Virus record (IMG/VR): IMGVR_UViG_3300049846_001037 | Span: 1 to 64,000 of that record | Length of the DNA: 64,000 nt | Reading direction: 5' to 3' (one strand) | Shown: positions 30,243 to 39,606 of the stretch, piece by piece | Layout of the letters: each line of letters opens with the position of its first letter | Position numbering within the stretch: position 1 is the first letter of the stretch | Notes under the pieces: generated by a model | The model's input: only the letters and a program-made list of their open reading frames with translations | What the model was told of the DNA's origin: nothing | Databases searched by the model: none | Translations under genes and position numbers: made by a program

Positions 30243-33200
30243 TTAAATGCCCGATCCGCTTATGGTGATATAGCCTGGAAGATCCAAGGTGGGCTGGACA
30301 TTCTGACCTGTGGAATTAATGATAATATTGTTCATGATATTACCCGTTTCCCAGTCGGTTCCAGTATTGGAGATGATTGGAACCAATGTCGTGGTGTCCA
30401 AAACCTGCTCTTTTTCAAAGACAGATGTAGCGATGGTATGCGCTGGTTTTAGTTTTTCGATGATCTTGTTCATAATGAAAATAAATGACTCGTCCAAGCC
30501 CTTAATCAAAACATTGAACTGGAAGTTGGGCTGAGGATCTAACTCAAAAAACTTGTTATCAACAATGGTGCTATCAGAAAGGGATGAACCAGCCCAATCT
30601 TCCTGCAAGTTTATGGCCACCTGATAATTGGGTAGCGTTGAACTAGAATCGTAATAGGAAACCTTAATGTTATCGAAATAGCTGAATTCAGACTCAGGGT
30701 AGTATGTATCACTATTTAGAGAGATGCCACTGACGGGTGTGATGTGTCCCGCAAAACCAATAGTGCCGGTTCCGTAGAAAAGATTCTCTCCCAAATAGGC
30801 ATTGAGACCAGAGTAGTTGGTGCCAAAATCAACCTTGAGACGATTCCAACCGAAGGTTCTTGGGTATTGGATTAAGTATTGTTTTTGAGCAATGTCGTTG
30901 TTGGGGTCGGTAAAGATCTGATAGTAGTAGGGCAACGTAGTGGTCGAGATGCCACTAAAGTTGGCAACCGTCGCATAGAACTGAGTCTTCAATGCTTGAT
31001 TTGAAACCTCGTAGTGATAGACCTCGGTTCCGGTAGATGCAAGTATCATCAACGACTTAGGATCTCCATAGTTGCCATTGATACCGAGATCTCCCCATCT
31101 CAACCCAGGATTGTCTAGCGAACCAAGTGAACCATAGAAGACACCATCAACATAAATACCACTACCCTTGATGAACTCAATAGTCGATATGCCAGTGGAG
31201 ACAGGTATGGTTGAGACACCGCCATTCGTCAGTGGCGTGAATGTTTCCGTATTCGGATCAAATGAGTTCGTATTTGATGAGATGTACCAGAAGGGGGCAG
31301 TGTTTGTTGCGAACATGCTGAATGTTTCCTGATTGTAGAATGGAACACTCGTGATGTTTCCAGTGCCATACAGCTTCCAATTTGAAATCACAAATGACGT
31401 ATAGATTCCCATCTTAAACTGAATCGATAGCTTATCCGAGTTTCCTACAATGCTATTGGAGGCGTTGGGGAAAGCAGCGACATCTCCAGTTGTCATGATG
31501 GATGTGTTTGAGAACAAGATATTTGGATTGGTGCCTGTCGTATAGACGTATGGGTTTAGGATGCCATCAGTAACACCCGAAACAACAACTGCCCTTGTTG
31601 TAGAAACAGTGCTGTCGAAATAGGTCTCAACAAAACCAAAATCCTTGCTGATAGCAAATGGGTCTGATGTCGTGAACTCGAACTCGGCTGTGTCTGTATC
31701 AATGCCAAATCTGAACTTGTTGTATTCTCCACTTGTGCCGGTTCTGATAACATCTATGTAAGTTGCAGTCCCAGAGTTTAGACTGTCAAGGAAGTCAACC
31801 TCAACATGGTTGGCCGCTGCCAAGACTCCAGAATTCAATATGGGAGAAGCAGATACATTTACCCCAGAGGCGGGGCAAATGATCATGAGACAATCCTCTT
31901 TGTCTGTCAGGGGAACGCCAACTAGATCGCTGATTCTAACCCCATCCGAGTAGGTGGATGATATCTTATTGAGATTTCCTGCACTAAAGTTTTCTAAGAA
32001 AAGGACGTTTTCGTGCAGGCTAAACTCTCTTTGATAGACGTTTTCGTTGCTTAGAATGTATCTACCGTCAACGTTTTCTACGTTCACCCAGATGTTCTTT
32101 GTGCCAGATCCAAACAAATCATTGACATCAAAGCTGTCATTCTTCTCAAAGAAGTCAAGCGTACCGAAGTTCTGAGAGGCAAACTCTATGCTCCTGTATT
32201 TCTTTAGGAACTTTGGCATAGCTCCAGTAAATTGACTCAATGCAACGTTTGGTCCACTGTTATTGTTGCTATACCTCACATAGTAGTCTGTGAAGTTCGC
32301 AGAAACATCCGTGTAATAGTTTAGAGGAATGTCGCTAAACGTCACGTCTGGATTATCTGCGCTGACCGTGTTGATGTCGTAGGCAAGACCTGAATTGTTG
32401 TAGAACTCAATGGTCCTAGTCAAAACATTGTCATTGTTGAATGGTGAAATGAACTGGATAGTCTTCTCAGGAAGTCTCCAAGCCAATGACGACTCTGTTC
32501 TGTTTAGCGAGAACTCATCAATGACTACGCCTTGACCATCAGCATTGTAGGTGTTCCACCAATAGCTGAACTGAGGATCGTTGAAGGTCGGAATGGTTCC
32601 ACTACGTAGAGCCAATGGAGATGTTCTTACCTCAGTCGAGTCGGTTGTGTTGATCCAGTTAGTTCCACGGTAAGATGTGTTGTCTCTGCTATAGATGATC
32701 TGATACTGAACACCAGTGTTGACAGTTCCAGTAAAGCTTATTATTCTGCTGTCGTCATTGTAGTTGGTAACAATTAGGTCGGATGGGAAGAAGATGATGT
32801 CCGATGGATCAGCAACACCAATGACAAAATCGCCAGATGTCTTGACGGCATTCCATGTAAGTTCAACCTGATTGTCTACAGACAACAGATTTGTGTAGTT
32901 GATGACCGTAACAGCATCTTCGGTTCTTGGGTCAATGGTTAGGAACGAGGCGGCCGTATCCAGAGCCAAGTTCATAGACGCATTGGTTGAGCCGCTTTGG
33001 AAAACCCTGAACATGGCTCTAAGCATTGACCTATAGATCTCATCACCGTTTGTGAGTGTGTTTAGGCGTGGAGGCTTCGGGAAGTCAATCAAAATACCAA
33101 AGTTGTCCTCAAGAGCATCAGGCGAGGCAGTATTGATGTATCTATTGTTAGCTATCTGGTCGTATTTTCTCTTGGCGTCAGCAAAAACTTCACCATAGGC

Positions 33201-33305
33201 ACCAATGAAGGTGTACAGGTTGGAGTGAACCATTCCATCGTCTTTACGATAGATGGAGCTGAGTCCGTCAAATAACGAGTCAATAGATGGATTGCCTGAG
33301 TTCAT
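30243..33305 (-). CDS. Baseplate wedge protein (P2 gpI/Mu gp48-like) with large insertion
   Basis: N-terminal YINTA..DALEDNFG.L...YR.ML and C-terminal IIEKLKPAHT motifs; follows baseplate J. Confidence 0.7.
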   Translation of the reverse strand: MNSGNPSIDSLFDGLSSIYRKDDGMVHSNLYTFIGAYGEVFADAKRKYDQIANNRYINTASPDALEDNFGILIDFPKPPRLNTLTNGDEIYRSMLRAMFRVFQSGSTNASMNLALDTAASFLTIDPRTEDAVTVINYTNLLSVDNQVELTWNAVKTSGDFVIGVADPSDIIFFPSDLIVTNYNDDSRIISFTGTVNTGVQYQIIYSRDNTSYRGTNWINTTDSTEVRTSPLALRSGTIPTFNDPQFSYWWNTYNADGQGVVIDEFSLNRTESSLAWRLPEKTIQFISPFNNDNVLTRTIEFYNNSGLAYDINTVSADNPDVTFSDIPLNYYTDVSANFTDYYVRYSNNNSGPNVALSQFTGAMPKFLKKYRSIEFASQNFGTLDFFEKNDSFDVNDLFGSGTKNIWVNVENVDGRYILSNENVYQREFSLHENVLFLENFSAGNLNKISSTYSDGVRISDLVGVPLTDKEDCLMIICPASGVNVSASPILNSGVLAAANHVEVDFLDSLNSGTATYIDVIRTGTSGEYNKFRFGIDTDTAEFEFTTSDPFAISKDFGFVETYFDSTVSTTRAVVVSGVTDGILNPYVYTTGTNPNILFSNTSIMTTGDVAAFPNASNSIVGNSDKLSIQFKMGIYTSFVISNWKLYGTGNITSVPFYNQETFSMFATNTAPFWYISSNTNSFDPNTETFTPLTNGGVSTIPVSTGISTIEFIKGSGIYVDGVFYGSLGSLDNPGLRWGDLGINGNYGDPKSLMILASTGTEVYHYEVSNQALKTQFYATVANFSGISTTTLPYYYQIFTDPNNDIAQKQYLIQYPRTFGWNRLKVDFGTNYSGLNAYLGENLFYGTGTIGFAGHITPVSGISLNSDTYYPESEFSYFDNIKVSYYDSSSTLPNYQVAINLQEDWAGSSLSDSTIVDNKFFELDPQPNFQFNVLIKGLDESFIFIMNKIIEKLKPAHTIATSVFEKEQVLDTTTLVPIISNTGTDWETGNIMNNIIINSTGQNVQPTLDLPGYITISGSGI

Positions 33306-33306
33306 A

Positions 33307-34914
33307 TTAGACTGATTCCACTGTGATTAGGTCGGATTCAAAGTACTGGTTTGGAGCGCTTGTTTCGTCAGTGATCTGCTGCTGGGCAACGTCAAAGAGT
33401 TCAGACCTCTTCTTGGTAATTCTGACGCTGTTTACAATTACGTTATCGACACCCTCGACATTGTGAGCAGCCTGAATTAGATCAGACTCTTCAACAGTGT
33501 TTCCTAGCTGAGTGTTGTTGATGGCTGACCTTATGGCATCCTCAACATTGGCAATAGTGGTCTGCTCGGTAACAGCAGTTTCCTTGAACTGCTTGTAGAG
33601 AACAACATCCATATCAACGTCCACCAAAATCTTCTGAGCCTCTTTGACCAAGACATCGGCGGTAATGATGTGTCTATCGTCAGCATCAACTACGCCCTGA
33701 ACAGTGTTGATGGTCTGATTGTAGGAATAGGCAATGTTGACCGACAAAATGTTTCCACTGTAAGGTGTTCCACTTGGGTTGAATGTTCTCAAGTATTCCA
33801 TCTCATCGGGGTTCCACAAGATGTAGTCGTTTGCCCGTACCGAGTGGGCAGTCTCGTTGTCGTCGGCTATGAAGGCCGTATAGTGGTATCTTGCTCCACT
33901 TGGATTGACGTAATCGACCCCCGAAGGAGCTGGAGACCTAGATTCGTAAAGCAATACGTTGGTTATGTTTCCGCTTGGAGATGTTGAAGCTGTAACTGTC
34001 AGTGGTGAGTTTGCGTCCACGGGCAGAAGTGGGAAATTGTATTCGAAACCTCTTGTGAACTGGTCAGCATAGTTCCAGTTAGCAATGATGGTATCTGGGT
34101 TGTTATCTGGACTCTGCTGCACGTAAGAGATGGGCGAGGTCACTGTCCAGATGTCAACCTTTCCACCAAAGCCACCGTCTCTTGTCATGAGCGGGTCTCC
34201 AGGACCAACCACAAGGGCATCCAATACGCTGTCTTGGCTTAGTACTGTTCCCTCGTAGCCAGTCTTAGTTCCAACGTTGCTTCCCAAGAGGATGTTTAGA
34301 GCCCTGATGGCTAGATCGTTGTTTGACTCCTGATCAACGCCACCTGTCGTTGAGTTCTGGTTGGTGACATTGAATGGGAAGTTGCCATTGCGCACCTTTG
34401 TAATGGTGTAGGGACCAACATTACCTTCTGTGCCAGGATTGTCTGAAACAATGTCAACAGTGATCTCATAATTGCCGGTATTTGGATTGAAGTAGACACC
34501 CTCAAGAGCTGGGTCAAATACGGCATCCGTTCTTGTGGAGAATGTGATTTCCTTAGAAGTTACACCAATGTTTGTTCCCAAGCTGGTGCCCTGAGGAATC
34601 CTTACAATGCTCGACGGAACCGTTGGAGTGTAGAAGGTGACTTGTCCAAAAGCCTTCTGTGAGCCTCTGCGGGTGATGCCATAATTTGAAACAAGATCAT
34701 CCAACTCTTGAGTTGTCATCAAGTTGGCGTTGGCAATAGATTGTGATAGGCTCAATCTATCCAACTGATTGTAGAGATTTTCAAACTCTGCAGACGGAGA
34801 GTTGACAACGATATCTCTAATGACTTGACCAGGGAATGTGTCGGCCTGCTCAGACGATCTAAGTATGTTGGTTATAAGGTCTAAGACGACCTCATCTCTA
34901 GTTCTTGTTGCCAT
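33307..34914 (-). CDS. Baseplate J-like wedge protein
   Basis: LDDLVSNYGITRR...A.GQVTF, IPQGT, PGTEGNV, TGGVDQESNNDL..R, GT..GY, G.VDIW motifs. Confidence 0.9.
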   Translation of the reverse strand: MATRTRDEVVLDLITNILRSSEQADTFPGQVIRDIVVNSPSAEFENLYNQLDRLSLSQSIANANLMTTQELDDLVSNYGITRRGSQKAFGQVTFYTPTVPSSIVRIPQGTSLGTNIGVTSKEITFSTRTDAVFDPALEGVYFNPNTGNYEITVDIVSDNPGTEGNVGPYTITKVRNGNFPFNVTNQNSTTGGVDQESNNDLAIRALNILLGSNVGTKTGYEGTVLSQDSVLDALVVGPGDPLMTRDGGFGGKVDIWTVTSPISYVQQSPDNNPDTIIANWNYADQFTRGFEYNFPLLPVDANSPLTVTASTSPSGNITNVLLYESRSPAPSGVDYVNPSGARYHYTAFIADDNETAHSVRANDYILWNPDEMEYLRTFNPSGTPYSGNILSVNIAYSYNQTINTVQGVVDADDRHIITADVLVKEAQKILVDVDMDVVLYKQFKETAVTEQTTIANVEDAIRSAINNTQLGNTVEESDLIQAAHNVEGVDNVIVNSVRITKKRSELFDVAQQQITDETSAPNQYFESDLITVESV

Positions 34915-34917
34915 GAC

Positions 34918-36033
34918 TTAACTCCCTGAAATTAAGGATACCGTAGAGCCTATCTGCTCTATTTTTCCTGATTTTGATAGCACTTCAATTCTCACTGATA
35001 TATCTGTTGGGCTTATGGATCTAACTTCAATGTTGTTTATTTGAGCAATTTGCTCTGCCAAGCTTATGTTTTGAATGCCCTGCTGGTTTCTTTGCTTCTG
35101 TCTTATGGCAAACAGGAGATTTACAACTTCCGCTTGCACCAAAGACTGCATCAAAAGTCCATCGCCCTTCGCAATACCGACCATAGTGGGTAGATTAGTG
35201 CCATCGGTAGCGTCGAATGGATTTGAACCCTTCTCCGTGTAGAGTCTCTTGAAGTAGTCTTGAATCAACTTGGAGAAGTCATAGACCAGTTGCAGCCTTC
35301 CAGACCTATCAATATTAAGGTCATTGAGTTGTCCAACACCCAAACACTTGGGGCAGTTTGGCTGTGTTGTCCTGTAGCGAACAAAGAGAGTGGGACGTGT
35401 GCTAAGAAGGGCTCTTCCATAAAGCCTAAAGACACCCTGATTTTTGTTGTTCATCCCAACGAACTCATAATTGATCGTCTTGTCTAGGTTCACAGCATTG
35501 ATGCGTTTCTTGTCAGCATAGTAACTAAAGATAATGGTGGATCCAACATCGGCCACGTTTGTAAACTCTATCTGTCCATATAGCTGATAGAGGTTGTATC
35601 GAGTGAATGGCTGATAGACTATCTCATCGTTTGACAGAACTATCTTCTGTTTAGCTGTGACACTGTTGGTTTTGGGTGGAAACTTAAGGCTCACCAAGTT
35701 GGAGACTGGAGAGGTTACTATGATTTCTTCTGTGATTGGAGTTGCTATATTCAACACAACCGACTGGGACATGCTGAAACTACCATCGTTAACATATGGG
35801 AAATTGGTGGTGAAAGTTACAGATGCTTCTGGGTCAATCTGTCCCGCATACGAGGCAATGTTGTAGGTCACATGATTGCCGCTGACCGGGGTGTTTGTTA
35901 GAAGAGAGATGACATCAAGGTTTACCTGTTCGTCACGTATTCTGTGGTCACATGGAGTGTCCAACAACCTTAGATCAAGGCTGCTGTTGGGTGACGGTTC
36001 TGCATTGAAGTTAATGTCATCAAATAGACCCAT
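34918..36033 (-). CDS. Baseplate gp25/gpW-like sheath initiator with N-terminal extension
   Basis: C-terminal KLIQD..K.LYTEKGSNPF....GT.L motif preceded by CPKCLG; position before J. Confidence 0.7.
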   Translation of the reverse strand: MGLFDDINFNAEPSPNSSLDLRLLDTPCDHRIRDEQVNLDVISLLTNTPVSGNHVTYNIASYAGQIDPEASVTFTTNFPYVNDGSFSMSQSVVLNIATPITEEIIVTSPVSNLVSLKFPPKTNSVTAKQKIVLSNDEIVYQPFTRYNLYQLYGQIEFTNVADVGSTIIFSYYADKKRINAVNLDKTINYEFVGMNNKNQGVFRLYGRALLSTRPTLFVRYRTTQPNCPKCLGVGQLNDLNIDRSGRLQLVYDFSKLIQDYFKRLYTEKGSNPFDATDGTNLPTMVGIAKGDGLLMQSLVQAEVVNLLFAIRQKQRNQQGIQNISLAEQIAQINNIEVRSISPTDISVRIEVLSKSGKIEQIGSTVSLISGS

Positions 36034-36034
36034 G

Positions 36035-37855
36035 TTACTTTACGGCTCCTGAATTTATCAAATCGAGTAGCGATTGCTTTTGAGCTTGTAGTTCTTTTTG
36101 TTCGTTGGCAATAGACTCTGCGCTTGATATCTTTTCGTTGACAGATCTTGCCGCCAATTCTGCTTCATTTTTAATGCTATCAACACTATTCTTCGTGTCA
36201 TTGCCTGGGTTCTGCATGTTCTTCTTCAATGCACTGAGGGTCGGGCACTTAGATAGCGTTTTGGTGTCAACGTTCTTTAGGACTGCATTGAAGTCCACGG
36301 CGTTCATATTCTTGTTGACCATGCCCAAAACGGTGGCTTTTGCATTGCTTATGAGATCATTCCCAGTGGCCACGACCTGTCCATACTCAGAACTTATCTC
36401 TTTCACAGTCAAATCCTTGACGCTCTTTATGCCTTCTACAAGTCCGTTTTTAATGGATGCAAAGTCAATGTCAGGAAAAGACAGATTGGGATTTGAAAAA
36501 TCTACTCCACCGAAACCTGAGAATGCTGCCATGAACTGGAACCCGCCACTGCTCTGCATCTTCTTTAGATCAATCATATTCTTTAGCATGGAGGTATTGT
36601 TGGCCGTTATTTTGTCATCAATTGACTTGATCATGTTCTGGATATCAGTGGCGCTGAACTTTGACAAAAGTTCCTTACATACACTAGTATCATCTTGGTT
36701 TGGTAAAGATCCAGAGCCAGTAGTTGTCTTTACGTTGATGTGTTTTTCCTTGAAGTTTGAGATCGATTCCTCTGACCTCAAAACATCAAGAATGGACGTG
36801 GCCTTATCAAGCCCAACAGTTCTGGTAAATTCATTGGCCCCCGTAGCAGGCGCTAGTTCAATGATTTGGTTCTCTACTAACTGCTTTTCACGCAGAGCCT
36901 CTTGGGTTTGCTTGGCTTTATCAACAGCCAAACCAGACCTTACGGCGTCTTGTCTTTCTTGCCTCAACTTGTCGTTTTGCTTCTTTTTCTCGGTGGCCTT
37001 TGCTTCATCTGGCTCAACCGCATCATACACAGCCATGATAGTGCTTTTGAAATCACCAACGAACTTGTTGATGTTCAACTCTAACTTGGACGCACCGGCT
37101 TTTATGGGGGTGGCAAGTTTCTTCTTGACCTCGACGCTTGTCTTGTAAAACGTTATCTTGTCGTTCTTCTTGTTTATCTCCGCCTGAGCTGCATTCTTCT
37201 CATTCGGTGAAGCAAAGGTGTTGTCGATGACTTTCTCTAATTCCTTTATCTCAGACTTTAACTTTTCAATTTCACTATTGTCGTCAGAAATTGAGTTGTC
37301 TACTCCATGAGCAAATGAAAACTGAGGATAGACTTCAACGGCTGTGGCAAGAGTATCAATGAAGGCGTTGACTTCGGATTCAACATCAGACCTTCTCTTG
37401 CCGATAAACTTTGCTATGTTGATCTGTTTGACAAGAATATTGACTTGTTCTTGGGTGATGGGCTTGATGAAAGAAAACTCTTGTGGACCTACCTTAATGT
37501 CCGGATCAACCTTTGGGTCCGCTGCCCACTCAGGCTTAACTGTCACAATAACTTTTATGTCTGTGATGTCATCAAGCGACTGATTGTAGCTGTATATCAG
37601 TATTACTGTGTTGTTTTTGCTGTATATGTATGCGAGCTGGTCAAGAACTCCAAACTTAGCCTGCAGGGCTGGTTGGGCTGAGATAGAGGTGCTTGATGGA
37701 TTTCCAGGCACACCGGCTATCTTGTAGGCAGCTCTATTGGAGTTGCTTAAACCAACCTTGACGCTACCTAAATACTCTTGCTTCCATTCAGAGTCTTGTA
37801 TGGGTCCGTAGGTTGAGCCCTGAGCTTGGACTGCAAAGAATCTATTGTCTGCCAT
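36035..37855 (-). CDS. Hypothetical coiled-coil protein in the baseplate cluster
   Basis: 606 aa, Lys/Glu-rich helical; tiles with neighbours. Confidence 0.6.
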   Translation of the reverse strand: MADNRFFAVQAQGSTYGPIQDSEWKQEYLGSVKVGLSNSNRAAYKIAGVPGNPSSTSISAQPALQAKFGVLDQLAYIYSKNNTVILIYSYNQSLDDITDIKVIVTVKPEWAADPKVDPDIKVGPQEFSFIKPITQEQVNILVKQINIAKFIGKRRSDVESEVNAFIDTLATAVEVYPQFSFAHGVDNSISDDNSEIEKLKSEIKELEKVIDNTFASPNEKNAAQAEINKKNDKITFYKTSVEVKKKLATPIKAGASKLELNINKFVGDFKSTIMAVYDAVEPDEAKATEKKKQNDKLRQERQDAVRSGLAVDKAKQTQEALREKQLVENQIIELAPATGANEFTRTVGLDKATSILDVLRSEESISNFKEKHINVKTTTGSGSLPNQDDTSVCKELLSKFSATDIQNMIKSIDDKITANNTSMLKNMIDLKKMQSSGGFQFMAAFSGFGGVDFSNPNLSFPDIDFASIKNGLVEGIKSVKDLTVKEISSEYGQVVATGNDLISNAKATVLGMVNKNMNAVDFNAVLKNVDTKTLSKCPTLSALKKNMQNPGNDTKNSVDSIKNEAELAARSVNEKISSAESIANEQKELQAQKQSLLDLINSGAVK

Positions 37856-37856
37856 C

Positions 37857-38354
37857 TTATCCGCCTATATTGACCGTCGAGCTGCCGCTTGTGATCTTTC
37901 CAGAAATAAGGACTGGGTAAGGACTAATGCTAAGAGCTGTTGAAACAGAAACTATCCAAGCCAAGAAGGCTGGATCGCTTATTAGTATGTCATCGCCAAC
38001 CCTAGCTGCAGGTGAGACCGTAGCCGTGTTCAGGTTGATGAGCGGTGCGTTCATGTTGACGTTTTGTGATTCGACAACGATCTGTTGTCCAGGAGCATTG
38101 ACGGGACCAGATGAGATCTGACCAGTAGCCTGAAGGGCTGTGAGTGTGTCCACAATGGACTTGGCTATAGCATCCCTAAAATTCTGATAGTTAATGGGGA
38201 TTTGGATGACCTGCCCATTGACCTCTACAACCGTTTTCCATGTTTTTTCAAGATCCATGGTCACGCCATTGGCAACCACCTCTCCGCCAAGGTTGTTGTC
38301 TCGCATGGCTTTTTCAACTATGATTCTGGCTGTATTTAGGTCTATGCTTGCCAT
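37857..38354 (-). CDS. Spike-tip-like protein with one PAAR-like motif
   Basis: C-terminal SPAARVGDD...GKITSGSSTVNIGG; follows the spike gene. Confidence 0.55.
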   Translation of the reverse strand: MASIDLNTARIIVEKAMRDNNLGGEVVANGVTMDLEKTWKTVVEVNGQVIQIPINYQNFRDAIAKSIVDTLTALQATGQISSGPVNAPGQQIVVESQNVNMNAPLINLNTATVSPAARVGDDILISDPAFLAWIVSVSTALSISPYPVLISGKITSGSSTVNIGG

Positions 38355-38366
38355 TGGGTTCCTCTA

Positions 38367-38383
38367 TATTAGTTTTTTATAAA
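38367..38383 (-). promoter_or_regulatory. Putative phage late promoter (TTTATAA-AAAAC-TAATA)
   Basis: Motif copy overlapping the spike stop codon, upstream of a GAGGA RBS. Confidence 0.6.
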
Positions 38384-39597
38384 GAGTTGTTATTATTTTC
38401 CTGGGCTTCCTTAGACTTATCTAAGCTGCCTATGAAAACATCGTTGCTGCCTTGGGTTATCTCGCCCACAAGCCTGTTGTCTACACCCGCTGGAACAAAG
38501 AAACATGGTCCCATGATGGTGTAAAACATCGAGGCAATTTGGAACATTTGAGTCTGATTAAATGTAGCTTTTGTGAGCAATCCAGGATGGTCTATTTGAG
38601 ATTGAGTGGGAGTAGTTATAGGTATAACAACTCTGTCACCCTCTCTGGCTGCACGTTGCTGGGCGGTATTGGTGAACTTGACATCAGACGGCTGGCTTAG
38701 TCCATCAGTGGGTGGAACGACAACTTCGGTTGGCTTCAACATATTGCCTTCGTTGAAGTTGATCTTTCCCTTCTTGTCGATTTGAACTAGAGCTCCAGAT
38801 GCCAGTTTAATCTCACAAACTATCTCGTTTCCAGCTTGGTTGAGAACCTTCTTGCCATCCTCATTGACAACCGTGCCTATGGTAACATCAGCTATTTTGG
38901 TGTTGTCAGAGTCTCCAAAAAGAGTTCCATCAGCAAACTCATTGACAGTTATCTTTAGCTCAGTTAGAGCATTGCCGCCATTAGTGGTGATGGGATCTTT
39001 GCCATCGTCTGTGATGATCTTTTCTTTTCCATCAACACTTCTTTTGACCATGCCCATATGAAGGTCGCCAGCCTCGTTGCTGACATAGAACTCCAATGAG
39101 TCAATGAGGATGGAGCCATCTTCTGGATTGATGACAATCTTGTTTAGGTTCTTGTCTCTAATCGTGACTTGTTCGCTAAGGTAGATCTCTGAATCCTGAA
39201 TGCTGTTTAGCGAGATCTCTCCGATATCCATTTGACGAATTCTAGATGGCTTGCCCGTCGAGTCTGGCATGGCATTGAGCAAGTTCTCATAGTCAGACGG
39301 CATCAGATAGGAGAGCATAACCATCTGATTAAAGGCATATCCTATGATGACGATAGAGCCGACCTCAGGAACAAAGTGAATGCCGCTTCTAAAACCAATG
39401 TAGGGACGACCAATGCTAACCTTATCAGCACCACCACGAATAGGCCACAACCACTCCAAGTCAACTGTGTTTTCCTTTGGATAGACGTTGCGTATCTTGG
39501 CGATCTTCATCGACAAACGCCTAGTGATACCCTTGACGTTATCAAGGACTCCCTGGCTGTTGCCTACGTCTAGTTTTGACTTTGGTTTACCGTTCAT
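38377..39597 (-). CDS. Baseplate central spike (gp5/gpV-like)
   Basis: OB-fold-type GIHFVPEVGSIVIIGY, beta-repeat middle, C-terminal AAREGD...GEITQGSNDVFIG. Start set at ATG 39597. Confidence 0.75.
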   Translation of the reverse strand: MNGKPKSKLDVGNSQGVLDNVKGITRRLSMKIAKIRNVYPKENTVDLEWLWPIRGGADKVSIGRPYIGFRSGIHFVPEVGSIVIIGYAFNQMVMLSYLMPSDYENLLNAMPDSTGKPSRIRQMDIGEISLNSIQDSEIYLSEQVTIRDKNLNKIVINPEDGSILIDSLEFYVSNEAGDLHMGMVKRSVDGKEKIITDDGKDPITTNGGNALTELKITVNEFADGTLFGDSDNTKIADVTIGTVVNEDGKKVLNQAGNEIVCEIKLASGALVQIDKKGKINFNEGNMLKPTEVVVPPTDGLSQPSDVKFTNTAQQRAAREGDRVVIPITTPTQSQIDHPGLLTKATFNQTQMFQIASMFYTIMGPCFFVPAGVDNRLVGEITQGSNDVFIGSLDKSKEAQENNNNSL

Positions 39598-39606
39598 GTC
39601 CAACCT

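Noticed and set aside
36105-37148. 347-aa plus-strand ORF
   Set aside because: Shadow of the Lys/Glu-rich minus-strand gene, which tiles with its neighbours.
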